NCBI GenBank assembly: GCA_030704615.1 | Contig: CM060731.1 | Location: forward strand, 80,414,001 to 80,478,000 | Direction of reading: 5' to 3' | DNA: 64,000 bases | Source: Takakia lepidozioides | Lineage: Eukaryota > Plantae > Bryophyta | In this document: piece by piece, positions 22,058 through 34,384 of the stretch | How the letters are laid out: every line of letters starts with the position of its first letter | Position numbering within the stretch: the first letter of the stretch is position 1 | The notes under the pieces: generated by a model | Database searches by the model: none | What the model saw: only the letters and a program-made list of their open reading frames with translations | What the model was told of the DNA's origin: nothing | Position numbers and translations under genes: made by a program

Positions 22058-25000
22058 GAAAGACATGAAGTAAAAGGACCCCTAATCACCAAAAGCACCT
22101 TGAGCGATTGGGGAAGGTAACTCTGCGCCATCGCCACCAGTAAGCCATCTCCAGCACAGCTAAGGAGAAGCAAAGCATACAAATGCTAGGTTTAAGAAGG
22201 GAGAGAGAGATATATATACTTCCCCACATAAGCGCCGCTGCGAAACATAAAAGCCAGAGGAGGTAAAGAGACGATGCCATCACAGTGGGGTCTCCCGCCT
22301 GTGAGAAGAGACAAAAACGCCGCCATTGTTGCACATTCCCCAGGAGCTCGTCTGGCATGGGCACGAAGCAGCAGAGCTCAGATGCCATAACTCTCAGCCC
22401 GCGAGCTCAGAAGCCACGAGGAGTGCAACTGACGGCGGGAGAGACACCCTAGGGCAAAGCCCGATTTTTCATCCACGGAGGATGAATAATCAACACCCTT
22501 TATCTCGAAAACCCGACGGATGTCATCCGTTAGCTAGGTTTTAACAGTAGATTATAGGGTCCAGGCCGTAAACCCTATTTCCTTTAATGACTTCTTGTGC
22601 TTTCTCGCCGGAGTATGGATCTAAGTGATAATGGACAAACCTCTTCACCTCCTTAATTAGCAATAATTAAGGGTAATTAAACAATTCTCCAGGGCCATCA
22701 TAAGCTGCTTTCTTCATCCGGTTCAGATGAAAAAAACAAATAGGTCCATTTATTTGGGGAGTCCCGTCGCAGGATGAACAAAGCAGAGTACACATAATCC
22801 CACAGGCAGCAGTTTCTCATCCTAACAGGTATTTCATCATCCCCTAAGAAAAGCCTCATCCAGTACGGAAAAAAAGGCATAAAGGAGGAATTAATCGAAT
22901 TCATATCTTGGTATCTTTTATCCGGCATGGATGGAAAAATATAGATAGGATGCCAGTGTCACAACCCCTACAGAGGTAATTCCTCACTTCTTGGTGACTC
23001 ATCCGAGTATAGATGAAAGTAAATAAAAGAGGAATGAAAAATTATAGACCTTTTTTAGAGGTTTTTTAGTGTTCACCTAGGTAATTCTTCAGATATGGAC
23101 AGAAAAACTTTATAGGGCGTGTGAAAACGCTGTTTAGAGTCCATCTGGTATAGATGAAAAAAACATGGAAAGAACACTGATGCAACGGCCAATTCCGAGG
23201 AGGGAGACAGAGGGAGAGAGGGGGCAACAAAGAAAAAACAAAAAGGTGGGGGGGGGGGGGGGGATGACTGAGCAGCTGCACTCAGTCACTCCCCCCCCCC
23301 CACCTTCCTCTTTTTCTTTTGTTTCCCTCTCTCTCCCTCTCTATCCCTCTGGACACTGGGCTGTGGAATTGTTGTCCCGACTTCCATCCTTGAGGAAAGG
23401 AAAAAAAAATTGCAAAATTAGGTTGAAGGGAATTTTGGATGTTTTTTATCCAAAAACAAATTTTAATTTGTTTTAGTGAAATATTTCTTCACTAAAAAAC
23501 TTGTCGATGCTCAATACATACCCCAATCACACCATTAAGGTTTATATACTTGTTTCGGATACCCAGTTTGTCTAAAGGTAGCCTGATAATCCTTTTCAGG
23601 ACATCTTCCAAAGGATTGGCATATGAGCAGGGAGAGTTTGCCCTTTTGGAGAGGATTCTAGTATGCACTCCCTTACGGGGTGAGTGCATTACCACATTCA
23701 CTCCGTAAGGGCCTGCCCATACCAGGGGGTTGGATGGTGGGATTCCTCTCTCTCCTTCTCTCTCCCTCTAGACACTGGGCTTATGGAATTGTTTTGTCAC
23801 GATTTTCATCTTTGAGGAAATTGACAGGAAAAAAAATTGCAAAATTGGGTTGCACGGAATTTTGGATGATTTTTATCCAAAATGTTTTTTTAATTATTTT
23901 TTTAGTGAAATATTTCTTCACTAAAAAACTTGTGAGTTGCAAAACTCCCGTCGGGTTCTACTTTTTCATTCCAACCTGGATGAAAAAAAGACTTCATCTG
24001 ACTGGACCTAAATACAGGGAATTGTTTTTTTTTTTTAAAACCCCATGCTTTTCATCTAACCTAGATGATTGAAATACGGACTACATCCGTTGAGTGCAAG
24101 ACACGCAGTTGAAAGGCACGATGTATTCATCTTCCACGAATGAGAAAGGACTACGTCCGTCGGGCGGACTATAACTGGTTGGATGCTTTTTCACCTAAGA
24201 AGGATGAATGACGGGCCAGACAGGGGAAAACCATGCAACCTAATGGTTAATTTTCTTCTGAGTTAGCAGTGTTGTGGTGCTGGCGGAGTCCTCCCTGCAC
24301 GGTTAGCGTTGGTGGAGAGATGGCGACTCTTCCCCCAAACAGTAAAAAATGTTCTTTTTTCTGTTTGTTTTACTTCCTTGCTTTCTCTGGCATTCTCTGC
24401 GCTTAGATTGAAGTGTATTTGACCTCCTTTTGATCGAAGTGTGGCTTACGCCTGCTAACTCACCTGTGCATGCTCACTAAATCATCAGATGTTTTTGTGG
24501 TTGTTTTTGGACAGGGCACCCAGGTGAGGGCTTCCACTTTATTATTCTGATGTCTAGGTGAGGCTGGATGCCAAGTGGGATTGCAGAGCAGGGGAAGGAA
24601 TCGCTTGCCGGGGATCTCATTTAAACATGTTGAAAATTGAAATGTTTGTTGCAGCTATTCGGGTACCCATGTTGGCCCCTGTTATGTTCCAACCCGGATG
24701 GCTTTGTAGCTAGATGCTTAGGCCAGGTATGTGGTGAAGATTCTGCCTGTGATATTGGCTGACAATGAAATATGGCAGCATCTAGAAATATATAACTGGT
24801 AACTGTTTTTGAGGCAGCAGTGGGGGGTGTCAAGTGGAAATACCCCCTGGACATGGTTTGTAATGACATGGGTCAAATGTGGAATGGAATGATGTGAAGG
24901 GTGTACTGACAGTATCATTACTGTCACAGGATGTGTATGTAGTCCTTTATCTTACATTGCTGTGTCAGGAACTTTGATTTTCAGGCTTAGTCTTTAAGAA

Positions 25001-25569
25001 ATAAAGGTATAGGGGTAGTCTGAAAAACTTTACTCAGACATATCCCTCCTCCCCTGTTGGGGCAAGCTGTGGCTGCAGACCTGCTCTAAACCTTTTATAT
25101 AGCAGGGCAAGGATTAAAATCTGTGATGTCCAAGTGTTCTTTTTTTCTCTCCGATTTCTTAAAAAAACCCTCCATGACACCCATGGGGTTTGAATAAGTA
25201 TGCTGGATGTTATAGCTGGCGGACAGTAAATCTGTATGACCATTGACCTGCAACACATCAAGGCCAAAATAAGGCCAAGTACCCGCCATACCACCCAGAC
25301 CTCTGAATGTATATCCTGACATGACTGGTGTCAATCAGCATAAGTGGCATATCTTTGGGTATGAATAATACTGACATTGAACACATTACTGTACATGGAT
25401 GTAATTCTGGATTTTCTTTAAGCTTGATGATTGATGGGTGGTGCCATTGTTAAAGTGGCTGATATGGCTGATTATCTTCTTATTCATGACAACGACCTTC
25501 GACGGTATCATGTTTTGTCGTGACATGAAATAAAAGTATTTTCACTCTCTTATATGCTGGTGCTCTCTT

Positions 25570-26107
25570 TTAAGCTCCCGACGAGTTTAAATTCAAGGTC
25601 AGATGGTGGGTTCAGCTGTAACATAGTCCCAACACCAGATATCCTAAGTTTATCGACTCTATATCTTGGAAACAAGACCGTTCACCGACCTGTCAAACAG
25701 GCAAGTTTTATTGAAGACGTAGTTGAAGACAGTAAGAAGAGATTCTCAAGACCTGGACCTGAAACCGATAAGTCTTCACCCTGCTGGTAAATGGGACTTA
25801 GAGGCTTGTAGTGTCCATGCTTATGATCACTGTCCGGGGGTTCTCTCACCAAAAAGACGCTCTCTTAAATATATCAAAGAATGTGCATGTACCCTCTGTT
25901 ACTTTGAAAAAGTCGAGCCGAGACAACAAAAGCCCAGCCCCTTCTGAGGCCTAGTTTTTGGCAACTCACACACAGCAGATTAATGCTTATGTGAAGGGAT
26001 TTGTAGAGGATATCTGGTGAACCCCTGGATTAATTTCTATATGTGAATGTATAGTCTTACTACCAACGTCAGCCCCTGACAGAGGTAGGATCTGTCCCTT
26101 TGTTTCC
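25570..26107 (+). mobile_element. Degenerate 5'-truncated LINE fragment
   Basis: Reverse complement of ~46160-46925 with an internal deletion and many indels. Confidence 0.85.
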
Positions 26108-28358
26108 ACAAGAGGGGCAACAAAGAAAAAAAAATAAATGTGGGGGGGGGGTGTGGACCTGAGCAGCAACAGGCTCAGTCACTTCCCCCCACATTCTTTT
26201 CTTTCTTTGTGCCCCTTGATGTCTCCCTCTCACTCCCCTCTCTTGTCCCTCTCTCTCCCTCCCTCTCCCTCTCTCCAACTACTTGTTTGGGATTATCAAT
26301 TTTTTTCCATAATACTTATTTAGAAATACTTTCATATTTTTAATCCCAATTTTTAATGTTCATCCATACTGGATGACATTTTCTGCTATAACCATAACCT
26401 GGATGATTTATAGGCAGATGCATTTCAATGCATTTTCGTGTTATGCTCCTTGATTGGTTTAAACCTATTGAATGCCCATTTTCATCCTGGTCTGATACCA
26501 TCCATACCGGATGGTGGATGAAATCCGCGGGTGGTTTCTCTTTAAGTGTCGTCTTGCCCTAGACACAACACGATATCGTGCGTGTTTGTTTATCTGGAAG
26601 AGGGCGCCATGGCGGACGAATGCTTCCCGATGTCGGCTGAATGCCCGAGCAGCAAGATCCGAACGGGTGTGTTCTTGTTTTTTTGAAAGCGCGATGATGG
26701 CAGACACTTTCATCTCCCGCGATGGCAAATGGGCATAATATTGTGTTTGCCTACGTTTTTCCTCAGATGACAGCAAGCAGCGGTTATGGAGGTGGGGAAG
26801 CGGCCTGTATTACAAGGATACAACCTGTCCTCAACTCTCCTCCGTTTGCATTCTATTGTGCTCATTCAAATTCAGGTGATGAACACTGCAGCGTCCTACT
26901 CAACAAAAGATTGACGTTCTTTGTTTGGGGTCACCTATGCGTTCTTCTGCTGGTTATGTGATCTTGCATGCTTTATGGCTCATACCTGACATGGATAGCA
27001 ACTGTGAAATCCTTGTTAATTCACCTCGCGCATCCTCACTAATGCACAAAGCATTTTTTGTGTTTGTTTTTTTGGGGACGGGCGCAGTAGAGGTGAGTCG
27101 GATTTTCATTGCCGCCATGAACTCTTTGGCTTGCAGAGATTCTTGTTACTGAATGAGGGATAAGATATGCTGCAAGCTGCCGTTGTTGCAATTTTCTGCT
27201 TCAAAGCTGCTCAAGGGGGATATGCCTAAACCTTTACTTTGATTTCTGGTTCCTTGGTTAACAAAATCTGTTAAGTCAGGGAGTAAATTGGGCTGGGCCT
27301 CCTAGAAATCAGACCTTATTGTGAAGGTTCGGGCTGGTTGTGATTGACAAAGTGTTTGGTGGTGCACGTGTGAACATTGGATGAAATTTTTCAGACCTGT
27401 TTTCTGGCCTTTTGGAGAATCAGACAATGTTGTTTATGCCTCACCGATTTAGAATGTATTAAGTAAGGCATTGGGTAAGCCTTTTTAAGAACACATACAT
27501 TCTTTCAGGCTCCCCCATGGAGATTATAACCTGATTACAGACTGGTATTTTTGAGGATCTCTCTAAAACTTGGCAGAGTGACTGGATAAGGCCCTGGGAT
27601 ACATACCATAGCCCTGCATCTACTCATGGAAGTACAATCAGTTCAGCTTGTGCTTTTAGGAACATACAAGTCCTTTAAAGCTGTAATAGGGAATTGTTTT
27701 CATCAAAGCTCTCACTCTTAGGCCTGCTGGAATGGTTTTCTCAAAAACCTGTTGAGCTTACAACATACTTGTTTAAGCTATTTGAACCCAAGAATTACCA
27801 AGTCAGTATTTTTTAAGGGCTTTTTTTTATTACGAACTGTATTCTTAAGCTCCCCCCAGAGATTGGGAATGTGACATGGTAATGACTTACGGGTTTTTGT
27901 ATGATCATCACAGCATTTGCCATCTGTTTGGTTGTTGTAAGCCACTGGAACACGTACAACTCTTATTTAAAACTCAGTATGTTTTAAATAAAGTGGTTCA
28001 GACTTTGATTGATTGACTGTATGCAAATGTGCATATATTCTTCAGAACCCTACATGCTCATGCTATGTCTTTGTTTTTTTAGAAGACCCCACCCTCCCAC
28101 CTATGATTTCAAGAACTTTGAAATCCAGTCTCTTTTATTTAAGATGAACTATTTATGGAGGGGAAGTGTTAACATGATGATATAAGGATACCTTGTAATT
28201 TAAGGATTTTTTTTCTGGGATTGTACATGTAAGGAGATGTTTGACAATGCCTTGTAATGAGGCTGCTATGTCATTTTTCTTGACAATGACTTTTACTAAG
28301 TCTTGTTCATGTCTCGACATGACATGAATATCTTCCCTCTCTTCTGTGCTGCTCTCTT

Positions 28359-28805
28359 TTAAGCTCCCGACGAGATAAATTCAAGGTCAGATGGTGGGTT
28401 CAGCTGCAACATATGTCCAACACCAGATATCCTAAGTTAATCGACTCTATATCTTGGAAACAGGACCGCCCTGTCAAACAAGGTAAGCCCTGGGAGAAGA
28501 GAGTAGAAGAGATTGTCAAGGATCTGAATCTGGACCCGCAAGTCTTGACCTTGCTGGATAAACCTGACTTAGAGAGTGTAGTGTCTAAAGCCATGTCTGT
28601 TACCAGAAAATTGTCCGATGAAAATGAAGTTAGGAAGAAAACTTCCCTGAAACTGTTTCCAGTCTGTGACATGGGGGAGGACATCATGGATGCGCTCAAG
28701 GGTCTATCCCACTCTTGGCACTAGACCTAAATTTAAACTCAGGGCAGGAAGACTACCTTTGAATAGTAAACAAAAGCAGAGAAGAAAGGGAGAGTGCAAT
28801 TTCCC
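28359..28805 (+). mobile_element. LINE fragment (post-RT C-terminal region)
   Basis: ORF 28413-28724 matches the LINE C-terminus (NTRYPKLIDSISWKQDRPVKQ); reverse complement of ~46480-46925. Confidence 0.92.
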
Positions 28806-28809
28806 TGAC

Positions 28810-29115
28810 GTACCTCTGTTGTTGCGGCTGCTGGTGCTGCTGGTGCTTGAAGCGAACTGGCACGGCGAGCTGCTGTTGCTGTTGCGGCTGCCAGCGGCGC
28901 GGGTCCCCGCCGCTGCAGGGCGTCTCTCCCCCGCTCACCACGGCTCTCTCTCTCTTCAGCTCGTTTAGGTCGTGCCTCTGCGCGGCGTTCGTACCACACA
29001 GGGGAGAGAGACATCAGCCCGTGCTTAGGGCAAGAAAGCAAGAGAGAAAGTGAGGGAGGAGGCGGTGCTTACCTTGGGCGTTGGAGCGGCGTTGGGGCAA
29101 ACTCCTTGGGGCATT
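28810..29115 (-). pseudogene. Possible orphan gene fragment (short exon, intron, Gln-rich exon)
   Basis: MPQGVCPNAAPTPK followed by GTAAGC donor; downstream PQQQQQ..HQQHQQPQQQ stretch followed by GTACGT; trapped between a LINE and a CACTA; no recognisable homologue. Confidence 0.25.
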
Positions 29116-30926
29116 GCGACCACCTCGGGTTCAGCAGCAGATGCGTTTATCCTCCACCCTAAACCCCACTCTCTGAACTCCCTCTCTCCCAAAGAACAAA
29201 CGAAAATGGGAGGGGAAAGAGATGTTTCAAGCACTTAGGGAAAAAAAGGGCGCGGCGCCTACGTACGACGCCCGGCCGTCGCACGCCTGCGCCCCGCCCT
29301 TTTTTTGAAATGTAAAAATGATATTTGCGACGGCCGGCCGTTGTTGCTTGCGACCCCCGACCCCATAAATAAATAAATAACACGTCGCCCCCTGCGACGG
29401 CTTTCCGTCGCGGGGTGCGACCCCCAGGTAAAAAATTGAAAAAAACCTCGTCGTCAAATGCGACGCGAGGGTGTCGCAGGAGGCGATGGCCGGCCTTTCT
29501 GGGTTTAGGGCCTTTTGGGTTTCTTAGTTTTTATTTATTTTTATTTATTTTTTCATATGGTACTGGATTAGGGTGTTTGCTTTTATTTATGGTGCTGGGT
29601 TTGGGATTGGCGGTTTTGGTTGTGGGTCTCGGGGTTAAAAGGATAAACGGTGTAATTAGGATTCACATACCCAAAATGTGGTTCAATCTGATAATCGCAA
29701 AGCGCTGGGTCTCAACAAATTTTTCCATGGTGTGGGCATCCTGAAGATAGAACGAGAGGAAGGATTTATTGTCTTGGGCTCTAGCACCATAGGGATGCTC
29801 CGCCTTTGGTTACCAATTTTGAAAGCCCCGAGGCTGAGGCATAGGGTTTTTTTGCCAACGGTTTTTGAGAAATGAAAGTGTTGGTGGTGTGTGTTAATTA
29901 GGATGCGATGGTGAGGAAACATCGACCCGTCTCCCTCGAGGATGGGGAGGTAGTACCACATATCGATTGTGGCCCTAGAGCGACCGTTTTTTGTGCGAGG
30001 AGCTACCCATTGCACCTGATCCAATACAGGCTGTTGGGCACAATCGTAAAAGGGACCGGTGCCAAATTTTTAGGTGATGCGGAGGATGTTGACACCCCGG
30101 GATCGAGTCGGGCGCGCCGCGGGTTGCCCCCTCGCGGGCCACCCCGTCCAACCACGTCCACCTTTGACCCCCCCCCCCCCGACATGATTGAGTGTTGGTG
30201 CACTAAGTGTGGGAACGAATACCGCCGGGCGGCACCAGACCACCAAGGCGGTGACCGCATGTTGTCGAAAAACATTACAAGAAGAACAAGATTGCGGTTG
30301 CGGCAAATGTGAGTGTTTTTCCCACCCCTCTCATTAACATTCATTTAAGGTACATTTAGGTTTATCTAATAATATAGTATTATTGGTAAGCATATATGAA
30401 TCAAAATTACGACATAAGTATTGATGCGTCGTTCACTACGCACATTGCAGCCACGACTTGATGCCCAAGCTCGCAATCACATTACACATGAGGCATTTCG
30501 CGCCTGTATACTTGCAGAATTTGTGCCAGAGCATATGCCCGATGTGACCAGTTGGTTCCCCTAGCAGCACGTAGATGAGATGCGTAGGGTCGCGGGGTAT
30601 CGTAGGTGTCGTAGGCGTTATGGCCGGCGACGAGCAGGACCCCCCCCCCCCCCCTTCCAGTTTCCTCAGGCGGTCCCCCTGATTGTGGGCCCCCCCCCCA
30701 TCTGTTTTTTTGCCTGATCCACCTCCGGTAGTACTTGATCCGGACATTGTACCCCCAGCTGCACCTCCGATATTACATCCTCAACCACCTCCACTTTCAT
30801 CTCCTCCGCCAGCAGTACCACCTCCACCTCCACCTCCACGTGCATGTGCCACCGAACCCCTAGGAGGGGTCGGCTTCGCCCTAGGTTGAGCCGGATCCTC
30901 GCCCCCGATGGGAAGCACATAGGACT

Positions 30927-31220
30927 ATGTTACTGAGGACCGTCCAGCCTCGTTGTTGGGAGAATCATCTTGACCCTCCCATCCCCATCCGAGAAAATGT
31001 GGAGTTCGAGTATTGGGGGAGATGGTATGTTGTGAGAGCCGCTACAGACCCTGCTATGGGTCGAGGTTTATTCACGGTCAATGATATTGTGGTTCATCCT
31101 CGGGAAAACAGCATGGTGGACTTGTTTCCCTACTATGGTCCATACTACACCTCCGCGGAGTTCCGTACATTACGCCTCGAAGCCCCATACATCCTACCCT
31201 ACATTTTGTGTGTCAACGGA
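30927..31220 (+). pseudogene. SET-domain N-terminal-like segment within the CACTA
   Basis: VVRAATDPAMGRGLFTVNDI...LFPYYGPY...YIL resembles the SET GxGLFA..DI...I.EY.G motif; SET C-terminal NHSC/ELxxDY motifs absent. Confidence 0.5.
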
Positions 31221-31239
31221 CTTGTACGTAGACGGGGGT

Positions 31240-34200
31240 TGTCTCCCATTGAGATTAGATTGAGGGCACAGTACCGAAGCCCTGAATTGGCCAGACTCAT
31301 GAGATGACACGCCTCGCATCGAAGCCCCCAGGGAAAGGTGCGCGGGCCACAAGATTCACAAGCATGGAGGCATATTGAAGAGATGTGGCCTTTTCTCTTG
31401 GATGACCCATGACATGTCCACCTCGGCTTCTCCTTGGATGGGGTCAACCCATTCTCTGTCCAGTCATGTAGTCATTCCACTTGGCCGGTGACCATGGTGA
31501 ATTACAACATCCCTCCGTATCTTTCAATTAAAAAAGACCATATCATGTTGGCTGCCATTGTGCCAGGTGAGTGTACTCATTTCATGTTTATTATTGCCTT
31601 AGACTTTACATTAAACTTCTGATCTCTGACGCAATTCGGATGCAAGATTGATGAGTGACATAATCATGAAGTAAGACGTGTAATTCATTTTGTAGTATAA
31701 TTTGCATATTGGTGGAGCATTGAAACAATGATGTGAGTGTCTCACAGGGAAAAAACAAGTGGCAAACATGGACACGTACTTGCGACCTCTTGTTGATGAA
31801 CTTAAGGAGCTATGGAGGGGGTTCCCGACATTGGATGTTTCACTTGACCCTATGGCCGGACAATCTTTTTAAATGAGAGACATCTTGCTTTGGACAATGC
31901 ATGATTATCCAGGTATATTATGTTCCCCATGAACAACCCGCGTACATTCACTTGTCAATGCCGGATAATATCGATGAGGATTGGGATTGATTGAAGTAGC
32001 GGCGACAGTCTTGTGCACCGTAGTGGGATAGATGGCATTATGGGCCATGCACATGACAACTTTTTGTTTTTGTTAATGTGGCGGGATGTGTAGTACAAGA
32101 CTAACTATTTGCTCGGGGCTAAGCACGAAAGGGTACCATGCATGCTTGCATTATGACGATGATCTTGATGCACATAGCTCCCGCCATCTGCACAAGATGG
32201 TGTATCCCAACTACCGCAAATTTTTTCCTATGAGCCATCGATGGAGAAGAAGAGAGAAACACTTGTTTGATGACAAAGAGGAAGTACGTCCCCCCCCCTA
32301 TGACACCGTCCGGGCAGTTTTGGGAGGACCGATGGAAGGAGGTCCATGCAGGCACGGATGGTGAAGTGGACGTGCCCGACATGAAACGACTTTCAATCTT
32401 CTACGAGTTGCCATATTGGGCGGTACATATTCCACAAAAACACCGTCAATATCCGTATGCATGCATGTGATATTGCACATTTGGTATGCGTTGCATTGTC
32501 ACTTTCACGTAAATTTTTTTGTGTAAGTCTTTGTGGGTGGGGATATATGTAGGACCTGAAGATTCGCCATCTTCTAGATCCCATGCATATTGAGAAGAAT
32601 GTCTGCTCGTCTTTTTTTTGGGTTCTTCATGGCACGCCGGCAAAGAAAGGAGTGGCTGCAAAATGAGATTCTCTCGGTGTTAGAAAGGAGTTTGAGGAGC
32701 AGGGTCGCATGCGCCATCTATGGGCCGAACAAAATGGTGTGGACCCAAATGGTGTTGTACGGTGGAAGTATAGGCGTGCACCTTGGCAATGGACAAAAGA
32801 GGAATACAATAAAGTGATAGCCACCATAAGTGCTGTCCGAACACCAACTGGTTATGGGTCATCCCTCCGTACGAAGTTCAGCGAAGAAGACGGGGTCCAT
32901 GGTTTGAAGTCTCATGAGTACCACAATCTATTGCAAGACATCGATGCTCTAGAGGTTGGTATATGGGATGCTTTACGTGGGACATTGACTCCCGAGGTTC
33001 GTGAGACAATCTATAGATTGGGAGGCTTGTTCCGGTGGATTTGCTCCAAAGAGTTGGAAGAAGTAGATTTTCCACGCATGAAGAAGGAGGCGGCGGAGGT
33101 AATATGTATGTTGGAGCTGCACCTTCCTCCCTCCTTCATTGACATCCAAGTGCACTTGGTAGTGCACTTAGTGGAAGAGGCTTCGATTGCCGACCCCGTT
33201 CATTCTTGGTGGATGTACTTCATTGAGCATTATATTAAGACTTTGAAAAGATTTGTAAGACAAATGGCGCACCCGGAGGGTAGCATGGCGGAGGGGTATA
33301 TGTTGCAAGAAACTATGTTCAACACCCCATCTATACATGAGTGGGAGGTAAGATACAATAATCTTGTTCAGCAACGAGAGGAGGAGACGCTTGCATGGAG
33401 GCGGAACCATCCAAGGCCGGTTACTAGACGCCCACGACGAGGAGCGGGCCGCCGAAATGTTCATTCATAAAATTTGCCCATGGAATTGCAGCCTCTAAGT
33501 TCATTCCAACAGTGGCTTCGGACTTCAGTTTATGACGCCGTTGCTCAAGGAGAGGTGGTTTCAGATTTGGTGCAAGACATTGCAAGGAGCCCCTCTCAAT
33601 TCGCGACCTCATACACGGCGGTTTGGGTTCACGATCATCATTTCCGCATTCGTGCTCTTGACATGAAGCGCAAAACAACCTTTGATTCTGGCTTGTGTGC
33701 CACATATTGGCAAGACTCCGTGTGGGGCAAGGGAGATACACGACCTGCTATGAGCAAACTTGAGTACATTGGAGAGCTTGAGAGCATACTCCAACTTCAG
33801 TATACAAGGTACAAGCCTTTTCTCTTCAAGGGAAGGTGGTTCCAGGCACATCTTGTGGGGCCCTCCGCAACACTAGTGCAAGATGATTATGGTTTCATGC
33901 GCGTCAATGCAGATAGGGTCAACCCTATTCATCGTCCCTCCGATGAGCCTTTTTCACGGCCTTCAGACATGTAGCAAGTTTATTTTCCGATGACAAAACA
34001 AGAGGGGGGAATTTGAAGGTAGTTGTGCACGCTCAGCCAAGAGGAAGACGTATCTATCATGGTCTCGGATCTCTATGGGGTGAGGCAATTGCGGTGGACG
34101 GAGAGACTGGTCATAATGATGCTGATGATGGAGGTTGGGTAGAGGGGGTAGAAGAGGATGATGACGCCCCAGACAATGCATCCTGGATCCTATATGATGA

Positions 34201-34384
34201 AGCTCTAGAAGATACAGATGTTGGAGAAGGAGACGAAGACACGGCCATTGATAACAATGTGAAGGATGATTCGGAGGTGCCTTTTGAGGGCCGGGCCATT
34301 TATGACGATGACTCCGATGACCAAGAAGACTTGCAGCTTGATGAGGATGAAGAAGCTCCGGATGATGATGTTCAAGTTGATTAG
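31240..34384 (+). pseudogene. CACTA TnpD transposase (Transposase_21, DUF4218, DUF4216), intron-containing, with stops and frameshifts
   Basis: DGVNPFS..STWPV..NYNIPP, DTYLRPLVDELKELW, HDYPG, LDPMHIEKNV, GLKSHEYH, PPSFIDIQVHLVVHL, PEGSMAEGY, DDYGFMRVN..DEPF, acidic tail. Confidence 0.95.

Larger units (their letters stand above)
4856..28357. repeat. Array of six related non-coding monomers: M1 + ~4856-7960, M2 - ~8751-11470, M3 + ~11480-13690, M4 - ~13741-23270 (Gypsy-interrupted), M5 + ~23280-25569, M6 + ~26110-28357
   Basis: M2+M3 is duplicated as M4+M5 (e.g. 10321ff = 15321/22063ff; 12420-13620 = 24262-25520). 5650-5720 is the reverse complement of 10190-10268. Shared end motifs and a shared internal hairpin in all six; no convincing ORF. 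Confidence 0.8.

Noticed and set aside
4856-28357. Penelope/retrozyme explanation with hammerhead ribozymes
   Set aside because: No conserved CTGATGA...GAAA core in the monomers and no GIY-YIG or RT remnant.
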